Of a DNA stretch of 64,000 bases, positions 9,685-19,933 are shown piece after piece (position 1 is the first letter of the stretch; each line of letters opens with the position of its first letter). The DNA comes from an uncultured Acidobacteriota bacterium (lineage in GTDB: Bacteria; Acidobacteriota; Thermoanaerobaculia; Gp7-AA8): contig CAVUKB010000006.1 in the NCBI GenBank assembly GCA_963741955.1, positions 1-64,000 of the forward strand, in the 5' to 3' direction. Both the position numbers and the translations under genes were made by a program. Below the pieces are notes generated by a model. It was given only the letters and a program-made list of their open reading frames with translations, did no database searches and had not been told where the DNA came from.

Positions 9685-10085
9685 CAGTTCCTGGACGGAG
9701 CCTGCACCCGCCCCATCGCGGCGAGGCACACGCCGCTGGCCGAATCCCATTGCCGTCGCCGACGAACAGAAGGGGGGACCCGGAGCAGATCGAGGAGGCC
9801 GGCATCGACGTCTCGCCGGATTTCATTTTCGGCGTCCCCGAATCGCTGCCCGATGCGGAGATCACATTCGACAAGTTGGACAGGTGTCCTCTGAAGAAGA
9901 TCGTGCAACGACGCGAAGAGACAGCGGCGGCGATCGAGCATGAGCATCGCCTGAGGCGACTCGTCCGGTCAGTCGTTCCCGGAGGCTCGAGTTCTGCCGC
10001 GAACCGAACGCGGCGAGGTACCATTCCATCCACGAATCCCGGAGCGGCCACCGCCACCCGGACCCGGGACGTCCAGCGAGGTTCC

Positions 10086-10790
10086 ATGCCCTTTCGGTAC
10101 GCACAGAGGTGTTGCCTTCTCCTCCTTCTGATCGCTTCGAGCCTGTCGGTTCCGGCAGCTTCCGCCGCCGGGTACCGCCTCGATCTCGAGCTCGACCCCG
10201 CGGCGCCGTTCCCGTTCCTCAGCCGCTTCGGCACGGTCGAACTGAAGGTCTATCCGAACGGGATCTATGCCGAGACGCTCCTCTTCCACGCGTTCACACG
10301 CAACGGGACGAAGAGCGTCCGGATCGAGAGTGGCCTGACGCGCGGATACGCCGAGGTCTCCGTCGCCGAGCTTCGGTCGGTGATCCTCCGGCTCAGCGGA
10401 TCGAAGGGAGAAGTGATGCCCGGGCTCCGGGAGTTTCCGATCGATCCGCACGTCCTCCGCGGAAACGTCAACGGCATCGCAGCGAGCCGCTACCGCGTCG
10501 TCCTCGGCACGTCGTGGATCGACGTCTGGACCACGCAGGTGATTCCCGAAAATCCGCAGCTGCGCGTTCTCGCCACCGAGCTCGTCTCGACGATCTCGCG
10601 GCCCGCGGCGGGAGTGGTGCGGAAGATCCCGGGGACGCCGGTGCTGATCGAGATGCACACGCGCCGCTTCCCGAAGCTCCAGCTCCTCCGGGCGACGAAG
10701 CTCGTCCCGTCGAGCGCCGGGGAAGAGAGCGCTCTGACCCCGGGAACGTTCTATGTCCGCGCGCCGATCGTCGACCTGCTGTTTCGGTGA
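10086..10790 (+). CDS. Exported hypothetical protein
   Basis: Start re-called at ATG 10086 (GAGG upstream); signal peptide MPFRYAQRCCLLLLLIASSLSVPAASA; protein-like composition, 234 aa. Confidence 0.8.
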   Translation: MPFRYAQRCCLLLLLIASSLSVPAASAAGYRLDLELDPAAPFPFLSRFGTVELKVYPNGIYAETLLFHAFTRNGTKSVRIESGLTRGYAEVSVAELRSVILRLSGSKGEVMPGLREFPIDPHVLRGNVNGIAASRYRVVLGTSWIDVWTTQVIPENPQLRVLATELVSTISRPAAGVVRKIPGTPVLIEMHTRRFPKLQLLRATKLVPSSAGEESALTPGTFYVRAPIVDLLFR

Positions 10791-10831
10791 AGGGGTGAGC
10801 GAGGGTCTCGGGCCGGTTCGAAGCGCGCCAC

Positions 10832-13390
10832 AGCGGGAACTGCGATTCCGCCCTGGGGTGCGGATCCCGCCCCGCGGGATCCGCCGCGGGGATCACGGCG
10901 TGTGTGCGACCGCAGCATGACCTTGGGGCTCGGCAGAAGCGGAGCGGGTCGTAAGAAGCACCGACGCTTCGCGTCCGCCACCCAAGGACGATGCGCCCTC
11001 CGGGCGCCGAGGGGCGCCGCGACTGCCGCCGCGGCCGGCACGGCGCAAGCCGTGCCGCCCCCTGAGCATGCGCAGAAGCGGAGCCGGTCGCCAGAATCAC
11101 TGACGCTTCGCGGAACCCACAATTTCCCTCTTCATCGCGTACAACATGAGCTTCGCGGCGGATCGGATGATCCGCACCCCTCGGCGGAAACTTGCTGCGC
11201 GGATCCGAGGCGAGTGGTGACGAACTGCGCTTCGTTGGTCCGGTTTTACCAAAGTTTTGGAGCAGCGCAGTACGGACTCAGTTGCGCGGGCGCAACGGCT
11301 GCGCGTCATCACGTTCCGGGATTCTTGAAACTTCGGCCACATCGGCGTCTGCCGAAAGCGTCCTCTCGATGCGCTTCGAACTCGTTTCACGCGGCGGAAA
11401 CACGTTCGGCGTGTGGGGAGCGGATCCTCTGATCCGCCGCGCAGGTCACGGCGCGTGCACGACCGCAGCACCACACGCGTCGTCGGCAGAAGCGGAGCGG
11501 TCGCCAGAAGCACCGACGCTTCGCGTCCGCCACCCAAGGACGATGCGCCCTCCGGGCGCCGGGGGGCGCCGCCTTCATCGTTTCAACATGAGCTTCGCGG
11601 CGGACTGCGTCTCCGCACTCCTCGGCGGGAACTGCGATTGCGCCGTGGGGAGCGGATCCTCTGATCCGCCGCGCAGATCACGGCGCATGCGCGACCGCAG
11701 CATGACCCGCGTCCTCGGCAGAAGCGGAGCGGTCGCCAGAAGCACCGACGCTTCGCGTCCGCCACCCAAGGACGATGGGCCCTCCGGGCGCCGAGGGGCG
11801 CCGCGACTGCCGCCGCGGCCGGCACGGCGCAAGCCGTGCCGCCCCCTGAGCATGCGCAGAAGCGGAGCCGGTCGCCAGAATCACTGACGCTTCGCGGAAC
11901 CCACAATTTCCCTCTTCATCGCGTACAACATGAGCTTCGCGGCGGATCCCGCCGAGCGGGATCCGCACCCCTCGGCGGGAACTTGCTGCGCGGATCCGAG
12001 GCGAGTGGTGACGAACTGCGCTTCGTTGGTCCGGTTTTACCAAAGTTTTGGAGCAGCGCAGTACGGACTCAGTTGCGCGGGCGCAACGGCTGCGCGTCAT
12101 CACGTTCCGGGATTCTTGAAACTTCGGCCACATCGGCGTCTGCCGAAAGCGTCCTCTCGATGCGCTTCGAACTCGTTTCACGCGGCGGATCCCGCGGGGC
12201 GGGATCCGCACCCCTCGGCGGAAACACGTTCGGCGTGTGGGGAGCGGATCCTCTGATCCGCCGCGCAGGTCACGGCGCGTGCGCGACCGCAGCATGACCC
12301 GCGTCCTCGGCAGAAGCGGAGCGGTCGCCAGAAGCACCGACGCTTCGCGTCCGCCACCCAAGGACGATGGGCCCTCCGGGCGCCGCGGATGCCGCCGCGG
12401 CCGGCACGGCCGAAGCCGTGCCGCCCCCTGAGCATGCGCAGAAGCGGAGCGGGTCGTTAGAATCACTGACGCTTCGCGGAACCCACAACTTCTCTCTTCA
12501 TCGCGTACAACGCGATTCGCGCGGCGGATCGGAGGATCCGCACCCCTCGGCGGGAACTTGCTGCGCGGATGCGAGACGAGTGGTGACGAACTGCGCTTCG
12601 TTGGTTCGGTTTTACCAAAGTTTTGGAGCAGCGCAGTACGGACTCAGTTGCGCGGGCGCAACGGCTGCGCGTCATCACGTTCCGGGATTCTTGAAACCTC
12701 GGCCACATCGGCGTCTGCCGAAAGCGTCCTCTCGATGCGCTTCGAACTCGTTTCACGCGGCGGATCCCGCGGGGCGGGATCCGCACCCCTCGGCGGAAAC
12801 ACGTTCGGCGTGTGGGGAGCGGATCCTCTGATCCGCCGCGCAGAACACGGCGCGTGCGCGACCGCAGTATGACCCGCGTCCTCGGCAGAAGCGGAGCGGT
12901 CGCCAGAAGCACCGACGCTTCGCGTCCGCCACCCAAGGACGATGGGCCCTCCGGGCGCCGAGGGGCGCCGCCTTCATCGTTTCAACATGAGCTTCGCGGC
13001 GGACTGCGTCTCCGCACTCCTCGGCGGGAACTGCGATTGCGCCGTGGGGAGCGGATCCTCTGATCCGCCGCGCAGAACACGGCGCGTGCGCGACCGCAGC
13101 ATGACCCGCGTCCTCGGCAGAAGCGGAGCGGTCGCCAGAAGCACCGACGCTTCGCGTCCGCCACCCAAGGACGATGGGCCCTCCGGGCGCCGAGGGGCGC
13201 CGCGACTGCCGCCGCGGCCGGCACGGCGCAAGCCGTGCCGCCCCCTGAGCATGCGCAGAAGCGGAGCCGGTCGCCAGAATCACTGACGCTTCGCGGAACC
13301 CACAATTTCCCTCTTCATCGCGTACAACATGAGCTTCGCGGCGGATCGGATGATCCGCACCCCTCGGCGGGAACTGCGATTCCGCTGTAG
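10832..13390. repeat. 2.5-kb mosaic array of REP-like palindromes and shuffled spacer modules (BIME-like)
   Basis: Alternating GGGGWGCGGATCCTCTGATCCGCCGCG and its inverse CGCGGCGGATC...GATCCGCACCCCTCGG, separated by recurring modules. Marker TACCAAAGTTTTGGAGCA at 11247, 12038 and 12613 (spacings 791 and 575). Confidence 0.9.
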
Positions 13391-13480
13391 GGAACGGCGA
13401 GTCTGCGTGCCGTTGAACGATGCGTGAACTCCTCTCCCGCATCCGAAATCCGAAGTCCTTTCCCCGCGTTCTCCCGTGCG

Positions 13481-14356
13481 ATGCCTCACTCCCGACCGAT
13501 CCGCCGGGCGGAGATCCTCGCCGAGCGGCTCGATGCGCTCGTGGCGACGTTCGACGTCTCCACCATCTCGCCCGATCCCCTCGAGCTGGTGCGCCGCTTC
13601 GACGATCCGCTCGATCAGGAAGTGGCCGGCATCATCGCGGCCGCGTTCGCGTACGGACGCGCGGACATCGTGGTGCGCAACGGCGGATGGATTCTCGAGC
13701 GGATGACGCCGTCACCGTTCGTCTATCTGCGCGACGTCTTCACTCCCGCCGATGGGCGAACGCGGTTCGCGGGGTTCTCGCACCGGTTCCACAAGACTCG
13801 CGAACTGCTCGCACTCCTCTCACGGCTCGCGACTGCAGTACGCCGGCACGGCTCCCTCGGCGCTCTCTTCCTCGGCGTCTACGACGCGAGCGACCGAGAC
13901 ATCGCCTCGTCGCTCACCCGATTCGTCGATGCGATCGTCGGCGAGAGCGACGACGCCGCGCTCCACTATCTCCTCACCTCTCCCCGCGACGGGAGCGCGT
14001 GCAAGCGGATGAATCTCTTCCTCCGCTGGATGGTCCGGCGCACCTCACCCGACCTCGGGCTCTGGAGCTTCGTCGATCCGTCGCAGCTGGTCATCCCGCT
14101 CGACACGCACGTGCACCGCATCGCCGCATTTCTCGGAATGAACGGCCGCCGCACTCCGGACTGGAAGGCGGCGCGGATGCTGACCGACCGGCTCGCAAGG
14201 CTCGACCCCGCGGATCCGGTGCGCTACGACTTCGCGCTCTGCCGGCTCGGCATCCTCGATCTCTGCAGCCGGACGCCGCGTCGCGAGAACTGCGAGGTCT
14301 GCGTGCTGGGGGACGTCTGCAGGTTGAAATCGAAGGTGATGGGGAGACGGGGGTGA
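13481..14356 (+). CDS. TIGR02757 / DUF2400 family protein (HhH-GPD-like) with C-terminal Cys cluster
   Basis: FAYGR, SACKRMNLFLRWMVR, DLGLW, IPLDTHVHRIA, DPADPVRYDFAL; C-x6/7-C-x2-C-x5-C tail like the endonuclease III Fe-S motif. Start re-called at ATG 13481. Confidence 0.92.
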   Translation: MPHSRPIRRAEILAERLDALVATFDVSTISPDPLELVRRFDDPLDQEVAGIIAAAFAYGRADIVVRNGGWILERMTPSPFVYLRDVFTPADGRTRFAGFSHRFHKTRELLALLSRLATAVRRHGSLGALFLGVYDASDRDIASSLTRFVDAIVGESDDAALHYLLTSPRDGSACKRMNLFLRWMVRRTSPDLGLWSFVDPSQLVIPLDTHVHRIAAFLGMNGRRTPDWKAARMLTDRLARLDPADPVRYDFALCRLGILDLCSRTPRRENCEVCVLGDVCRLKSKVMGRRG

Positions 14357-14449
14357 TTCCGGATTTCGGATTTCGGATTTGCTGCGCTGCTGCCAGGAGA
14401 AACGTCAAATTGCGCAATTTACGCGAACTCGCGATTTGCGCGGCGACAA

Positions 14450-14597
14450 GCGCCGGCTTCCGAGCCGGCTGCGTGCAGGCCTCCGCGCCTGCACGCGACG
14501 ATCTTGCGACGGTTTTGGCTCTCGCGTTCGTGTTGACGCGAAGGGGTGGCGAGCGCGGGGCGCTCGCCACGAGCCGGCAGGGATGCCGGCGCTCCAC
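14450..14597. repeat. ~150-bp palindromic dispersed element, with an inverted copy at 26244-26390
   Basis: GCGCCGGCTTC..GCCGGCTGCGTGCAGGCCTCCGCGCCTGCACGCG...GGCGAGCGCGGGGCGCTCGCCACGAGCCGGCAGGGATGCCGGCGCTCCA; the reverse complement recurs at 26244-26390. Confidence 0.85.
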
Positions 14598-14639
14598 GTT
14601 GCCAGGCTTCCAGCTTTGGAGTTTCGCGAGCGAGGACGG

Positions 14640-15012
14640 GCGGTGCTTCGTCGGTTCGGTGTACCAAAGTTTTGGAGCACTGCCGTTCAGACTGATAACG
14701 CGCGATCCGGCCGGCTGCGCGTGATCACGTCTCCGGGTCCTTGAAACTTCGGCCACGATGCTCTGGCCAACGGCGTCGTCTCGATACGCTTCGAACGCGG
14801 GTTGCGCCGCGGATCGGAGGATCCGCACCCCTCGGCGGGAACTGCGGCTCAGTACGATGCGCCCTTCGGGCGCCGAGGCGCGCCCCCTGAGCATGCTCAG
14901 AAGCGGAGCGGGTCGTAAGAATCACTGACGCTTCGCGATATCCACAACTTCCGTCTTCATCGCGTACAACATGATTCTCGCGGCGGATCGGAGGATCCGC
15001 ACCCCTCGGGCG
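14640..15012. repeat. Diverged single unit of the 10.8-13.4 kb mosaic repeat
   Basis: Shares TACCAAAGTTTTGGAGCA (14662), GAAACTTCGGCCAC, CTTCATCGCGTACAAC (about 14955) and two GCGGATCGGAGGATCCGCACCCCTCGG. Confidence 0.8.
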
Positions 15013-15116
15013 AGGGCGGCTGTATGCGTTCGGACGCGCTGCTCGGCTTGATCGCTTCGAGGTTCCTCGGCGCGCGGCGGATTGCATGCGTTCGTCCGTC
15101 TCGCTGCGCTCGCCGA

Positions 15117-15139
15117 TGCGACCGGGACGGTCGCACCAC
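15117..15139 (-). repeat. GTGG-type REP-like palindrome, identical copy at 15709-15731
   Basis: Minus strand GTGG-TGCGACCG-TCC-CGGTCGCA. Confidence 0.75.
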
Positions 15140-15173
15140 TCGTCGCCTCAAATTCGAAATTCGAAATCGTCGC

Positions 15174-15668
15174 TCACTCCCCGGAGCGCTGGCGGGCGGC
15201 GATCAACTCGCCGCCGTGGTCTTCGACCCAGCGGACCGCATCGACGTCGGGTCGGCCGACTGCGATCACCGCGTACGGGTGCGTGATCACCTGAGTGACC
15301 CGCGTATCTTTCCCGGGACTCGTCACGTGCGTCGAGACGTCGAGACCTTCCTTCGCGGAACGGACTTCCTTCGGCTCGATCGCGTAGCCGCCGGTCGAGC
15401 GCGTCCCGAGAAGGAGAAAGATCACCGACTCGCGCTCGAAGTCGACCTGAGGCCGCTCCTTCGCCCCGACGATCTCGTTCCAGAGCTCGCGGTAATGCGC
15501 CGGCGTCGTGGCGATGCGTACCGCGGCGTCCGATCCGGACGCTTCCGCTCCGGTGGCCTCCGTCCCGCTCTCGAGCGCGCGCCACTCCAACGTCGATCCT
15601 TTCGTTCCGTCCGCCGTCCCGCACGCGGCGAGGAGGAGTGCGAGTGTGACGATCCGGATGTTCCGCAT
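15174..15668 (-). CDS. Lipoprotein with PrcB C-terminal domain
   Basis: Start re-called at ATG 15668; lipobox LAAC; VDFERESVIFLLLGTRSTGGYAI...TQVITHPYAVIAV typical of PrcB_C. Confidence 0.88.
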   Translation of the reverse strand: MRNIRIVTLALLLAACGTADGTKGSTLEWRALESGTEATGAEASGSDAAVRIATTPAHYRELWNEIVGAKERPQVDFERESVIFLLLGTRSTGGYAIEPKEVRSAKEGLDVSTHVTSPGKDTRVTQVITHPYAVIAVGRPDVDAVRWVEDHGGELIAARQRSGE

Positions 15669-15708
15669 GGTTCGTTCCTTTTCGGTTCTATCTTCGTGTC
15701 GTCGCGGT

Positions 15709-15731
15709 TGCGACCGGGACGGTCGCACCAC
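15709..15731 (-). repeat. GTGG-type REP-like palindrome
   Basis: Identical to 15117-15139. Confidence 0.75.
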
Positions 15732-15757
15732 CTCCCCCCCGCGGGGGATCGACAAAG

Positions 15758-15772
15758 ATCCTGTGACAGGAT
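15758..15772. promoter_or_regulatory. Perfect 15-bp palindrome, candidate operator in a divergent promoter region
   Basis: ATCCTGT-G-ACAGGAT between divergent starts 15668 and 15859. Confidence 0.45.
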
Positions 15773-15858
15773 AGAACATCGAGGCAAGGAGCGCCCGAAC
15801 CGGCATCTCCTCCCTCCCGTCCAAACAGAAACGCCGTCCGCCCGAAGGAGCCATCGAA

Positions 15859-18800
15859 ATGAGAAAGCTCGCCTTCGTTGTCGCGTTCACGATCCTCGCC
15901 ACCGCCACGGGCGCCGGCGCGGCTCTCACTGGAACCATCATCGACCCGAACGGAAAGCCGATCAAGGGAGCGACGGTCGCCGCGTATCCGCTGGAGGGAC
16001 GGTCGGAGCTGACGGTGCGTCTCGCATCCGCGAAGCCGGCGCTGGCGCCTCTCGTCGAAGGAGTCAGTGATTCGCACGGGAAGTTCTCGATCGACGTGGC
16101 GAAGGGAACCACACTCCGTCTCCTGGCGACCGCCGCGGGGACGGCGCCCGCAGGAGCGATCGTCTCTTCGGATGGCGACGCGGGCGTCTTTCTGCTGGTA
16201 CCCGCCGCGACGAAGAGCGGCCGCGTGACGAGCAGTGGCCGTCCGGTCGCGGGCGCGCTGGTCCAATGGAGCGCGGACGACGTGATCGTCGAGACGATCA
16301 CCGACGAGAAGGGGACGTACTCGATCCCGGATCCCGCAGTGTGGAAAGGACGGCTCTCGACCATCTCGCATCGCGATTTCGCGACCCTCAGTCCGCCGCC
16401 CACGCCCTTGCCGGCTTCGACTCTCGATTTCCGGCTCGATCCCGGGGTCCGCATCTCCGGAACGGTTCTCGGCACCGACGGGAAGACCCCGGTCGCGGGA
16501 GCGCTCGTGAGCATCGATCCGCTCGCCATCGCGACGACCGGCGAGGACGGGAAGTTCGTCATCGAGCACGCGCCGCGCGACTGGACACGGATCGTCGCCA
16601 CGAGTGGGAGCCTCGCCGGGTCGTCAGGACGCGCGAAAGGCGACGCGGTCATCCGTCTCGCGCCGGGCGCTTTCGTGGAGGGCGATGTACGCGACCTCGG
16701 ATCGAAATCCCCCGTGGCCGCTGCGCCGGTCACCCTCACGGACTCGAGGGAGAGCTTCGAAGCGGTTCTCAGCACTTCGAAGGGAACGTTCGCCTTCGGT
16801 CCTCTCGTCCCGGATCGATATGCCCTCTCTTCCGATCCCCCGGGCTACTCGAGGGCCACGTCTACAGTTTCGGCCGGCGCCGGAACGCGGGTCCGCCGAA
16901 CCATCGGCGTAGAAAAGGAAGCGGCGATTTCCGGATCGGTCGCCGATTCTGCGGCACATCCGCTCGGCGGCGTGCGGCTGCAGCCGGGAATCGGCCCGAA
17001 CCGCTTCGGACCGGCATTCAGGCGCGGAATGGACGGAGCGTGGAGCGCTCCCGACGGCACGTTCCTCGTCAGAATGCCCGCCCGTAAGGATCTTCGACTG
17101 CGTGCGCAGCGGCGTGGCTATCCCGACGCCGAAGCGGGACCGTTCGCGCTCGCCGCAGGCGAAACGAAGCGCGGCGTCGCGATCACCATCCCGACCGGCT
17201 ACGCACTCACCGGACGGGTCCTCGACCCGGACGGCGTCCCCGTGCGTGGAGCGACCATCACCGCGTCCGCATCGAATCGGGAGAGTCAGTTCCGCCGAAT
17301 AGTGATGGTCCGGGACGAAGACGATTCCGAAGGAGTGAGCTCCGACGCCGAAGGGCGGTTCTCGATTCAGGCGCAGGAAGGGATGAACGACGTCACCATC
17401 ACCGCGCCGGGATTCGTTCGGAAGACTCTGAGCTCGATCGAGGTCGGTCCGCGGACCGAGCCAATCGAGATCACCCTGGAGCCGGGCGTCTCCATCGACG
17501 GCCGCGTCGTCCGAAACGGCGTCGGCGTCCCTTCGATGTTGGTGTTTGCCCTCGCGCCGATCCAACCGGTGATGACCGGTGCCGACGGCGAGTTCGTTCT
17601 TCAGGATCTTCCGCCGGGCAACGTTCAACTGAGCTTGACCAGCCCGACGGAGATGGTCCGCGAGATGAAGGTGATCAAGGCGCCCGCTCACGGCGTGGTG
17701 ATCGAGCTTCCAGCCGGAGGCACCATCAGCGGCCGGGTCCTCGACGGCGAGACACGGGAACCGGTGAAGGACTTCCGGATCTCCGCGACACCCGTCGGCG
17801 GCAGCCGCAGGATGATGCCCGGAGGCACGCGCGGCGCTGCCACGATCCACAGTGACGACGGGAGCTACATTCTCGAGCACGTCCCCGCGGGGACGGTCGA
17901 CGTGGTGGCGGGCGCGCCGGGATACGCGGAGACGGCGACCGATCCGATCCGGGTGGAGGAAGGCAAGACCCAGAAGGACGTGGACGTCCTGCTCCCGCAG
18001 GCGGTGACGCTTCACGGGAAGGTCACCGACTCGGCGGGTGAAGGGATCTGGGGAGCTCGCGTCGTGCAGCGGCAGCGCTCGACCGGTGGACGAGGCGTGC
18101 AGTCCTACCGCCTCGGCGGCTCGACGGATCTCGATGGTGCCTACACGATCGAGGACATGGCCGCCGGCGAGGTGACCCTGGAATTCGGGAAGGAGGGATA
18201 CCTCACCGAAACCCGCACGGTGAAGCTCTCCGGAAAGGAAGTCACCCTCGACGTGACGCTCGGACACGGAAGAACGCTCGAGGGTCAGGTCTACACCGAC
18301 GATGGGGCCCCGGTGGAAGGAGCATCGGTTCGTGCCTTCAGCTCGACCGGCCAGGGCTCGACCGCGACGTCCGACGCGAGCGGCCATTTCGTCCTGGAAG
18401 GACTTCCGCCGGAGCGGATCCGGGCCACCGCTAGGAAGGAGGGCTTCCCCGAGAGCGAGCCGGTGGAGGTCGACGTCGCGACGACTCCGTCGGTCCGGCT
18501 GACGCTCCGCCGCGGCGGAACGATCTACGGACGCGTGTCGGGACTTCCGCCGGACGAGCTGTCGAAGGCGATGGTCTTCGCCGCCGGAGTGAACCTCTCT
18601 GCGGCGGTGGATCCTTCCGGGAACTACCGTATCGAAGGGGCGCGGGAAGGGAAGACGACCGTGATGGCCAGGGTGACCTCGTCGAACGGGTCGCGGACGA
18701 CTCCGGCGATGACGGTGGACGTCTCTGCGGGAGCCGCGGTACAGGCCGATCTCGAGTTCGGAGGATTCACGGTCACCGGACGGGTGACGAAGAACGGGAC

Positions 18801-19776
18801 GCCGGTCGAGGGAGCGCGGGTGATGTTCGCCTCGGGCGACCGGCAGCGCGCCGGGGGAGGCTCGGCGATGACCGATGCGGGCGGCACCTACGTCGTCGAG
18901 GGACTCGAGCGCGGCGAGTACAGGGTGCTGATGATGATGCCGCAGTCCACTGCCGAGTCGGCAGCGCGGAGCGTCGAAGTGACGGGGCCGATGAACTACG
19001 ACATCGCTCTCTCGGGAACCGCATTGCGCGGCGCGGTGCTCGACGCCGCGACCGGTGAGCCGCTCGCGGGGGCAATCGTGCGGATCGAGGGACGCGACAG
19101 CCGCTCACCCCTCCCGCGCTTCCTCAATCCTTCCGCGGTCAGCGACATTCAGGGCGTGTTCGCGTTCGACTCGGTCGACGACGGAAGCTACTCACTCACC
19201 GCGACGAAGGAGGGGTACGGTCCGACCTCGATCGAGGTGACGATCTCCGGCGGCATCGCGCCGAATCCCGAGATCCGGCTGACGAAAGGAACCGCGATCG
19301 TGGTGCGGGTGATCGACGGGCGCGATGGTCGGCAGATCCGCGGTTCGATCCGGGTGACGGATCTGCAGGGACGGACGATGTGGGAAGGGATGCCGCAGCC
19401 CGATTCCGACGGAAACGCGACCCTGCAGCTCGGGACGGGGACGTACCGTCTCCGCGTCTACGCGTCCGGCTATGCGCCGCAGACGCGGGTGATCAACGTC
19501 CCCGGACCCGAGGTGACGGTGGCGATGACGCCCGGGGGCGAGATCGTGATCGAGTCGACGTCCGCCGGCATGGCCAGGCTGCTTTCCGGTTCCGGAGAAG
19601 CATGGGACCCATCGCCTTACTCGAATGGAGACCTGCCCCTCACGCCGGGCGTGACGACGCTGCGAAACATCGCGCCCGGGAGCTACACGCTCGTCGTGAC
19701 GAGAGAGAGCGGTGAGGCGACGACACAGCCGGTGGAGGTGAGGGAGGGACAGCAGACTCGGGTGAAGGTGGAGTGA
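15859..19776 (+). CDS. Large exported protein of tandem carboxypeptidase-regulatory-like (beta-sandwich) domains
   Basis: 1305 aa, SD GAAGGAG, signal peptide, more than 10 repeats of IxGxVxDxxGxPVxGAxV...TDxxGxF/Y...GY. Confidence 0.9.
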   Translation: MRKLAFVVAFTILATATGAGAALTGTIIDPNGKPIKGATVAAYPLEGRSELTVRLASAKPALAPLVEGVSDSHGKFSIDVAKGTTLRLLATAAGTAPAGAIVSSDGDAGVFLLVPAATKSGRVTSSGRPVAGALVQWSADDVIVETITDEKGTYSIPDPAVWKGRLSTISHRDFATLSPPPTPLPASTLDFRLDPGVRISGTVLGTDGKTPVAGALVSIDPLAIATTGEDGKFVIEHAPRDWTRIVATSGSLAGSSGRAKGDAVIRLAPGAFVEGDVRDLGSKSPVAAAPVTLTDSRESFEAVLSTSKGTFAFGPLVPDRYALSSDPPGYSRATSTVSAGAGTRVRRTIGVEKEAAISGSVADSAAHPLGGVRLQPGIGPNRFGPAFRRGMDGAWSAPDGTFLVRMPARKDLRLRAQRRGYPDAEAGPFALAAGETKRGVAITIPTGYALTGRVLDPDGVPVRGATITASASNRESQFRRIVMVRDEDDSEGVSSDAEGRFSIQAQEGMNDVTITAPGFVRKTLSSIEVGPRTEPIEITLEPGVSIDGRVVRNGVGVPSMLVFALAPIQPVMTGADGEFVLQDLPPGNVQLSLTSPTEMVREMKVIKAPAHGVVIELPAGGTISGRVLDGETREPVKDFRISATPVGGSRRMMPGGTRGAATIHSDDGSYILEHVPAGTVDVVAGAPGYAETATDPIRVEEGKTQKDVDVLLPQAVTLHGKVTDSAGEGIWGARVVQRQRSTGGRGVQSYRLGGSTDLDGAYTIEDMAAGEVTLEFGKEGYLTETRTVKLSGKEVTLDVTLGHGRTLEGQVYTDDGAPVEGASVRAFSSTGQGSTATSDASGHFVLEGLPPERIRATARKEGFPESEPVEVDVATTPSVRLTLRRGGTIYGRVSGLPPDELSKAMVFAAGVNLSAAVDPSGNYRIEGAREGKTTVMARVTSSNGSRTTPAMTVDVSAGAAVQADLEFGGFTVTGRVTKNGTPVEGARVMFASGDRQRAGGGSAMTDAGGTYVVEGLERGEYRVLMMMPQSTAESAARSVEVTGPMNYDIALSGTALRGAVLDAATGEPLAGAIVRIEGRDSRSPLPRFLNPSAVSDIQGVFAFDSVDDGSYSLTATKEGYGPTSIEVTISGGIAPNPEIRLTKGTAIVVRVIDGRDGRQIRGSIRVTDLQGRTMWEGMPQPDSDGNATLQLGTGTYRLRVYASGYAPQTRVINVPGPEVTVAMTPGGEIVIESTSAGMARLLSGSGEAWDPSPYSNGDLPLTPGVTTLRNIAPGSYTLVVTRESGEATTQPVEVREGQQTRVKVE

Positions 19777-19927
19777 CTCGAGACTCGGGGCTCGAGGCTC
19801 GGGACTCGAGGCTCGGGACTCGAGGCTCGGGGTTCGGGGTTCGAGGCTCGGGACTCGAGGCTTGAGGGACAATTCGTGTTAATGTACCCCTGACCCCTGA
19901 CCCCTGACCCCTGATCCCCGACCCCCG
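19774..19927. repeat. Two heptamer tandem repeat tracts between convergent genes
   Basis: About 13 copies of GRCTCGR (19774-19866) and about 5 copies of CCCCTGA (19887-19927). Confidence 0.85.
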
Positions 19928-19933
19928 CTCCTC

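Noticed and set aside
9636-9947. Longer start for the CRTAC1-family gene
   Set aside because: SD, -10 box and signal peptide all point to ATG 9635.
10832-13390. CRISPR array
   Set aside because: Spacers are themselves repeated, long and variable in length; repeats alternate in orientation; no cas genes.
10468-13489. Numerous 60-260 aa ORFs in the repeat arrays (also 21852-22623 and 27079-28560)
   Set aside because: Arg/Ala/Pro-rich translations of palindromic DNA in all six frames, with frame changes between copies and no start signals.
15669-16775. N-terminal extension of the 533-aa ORF 15174-16775
   Set aside because: Antisense to the 1305-aa gene; the lipoprotein signal starts at 15668.
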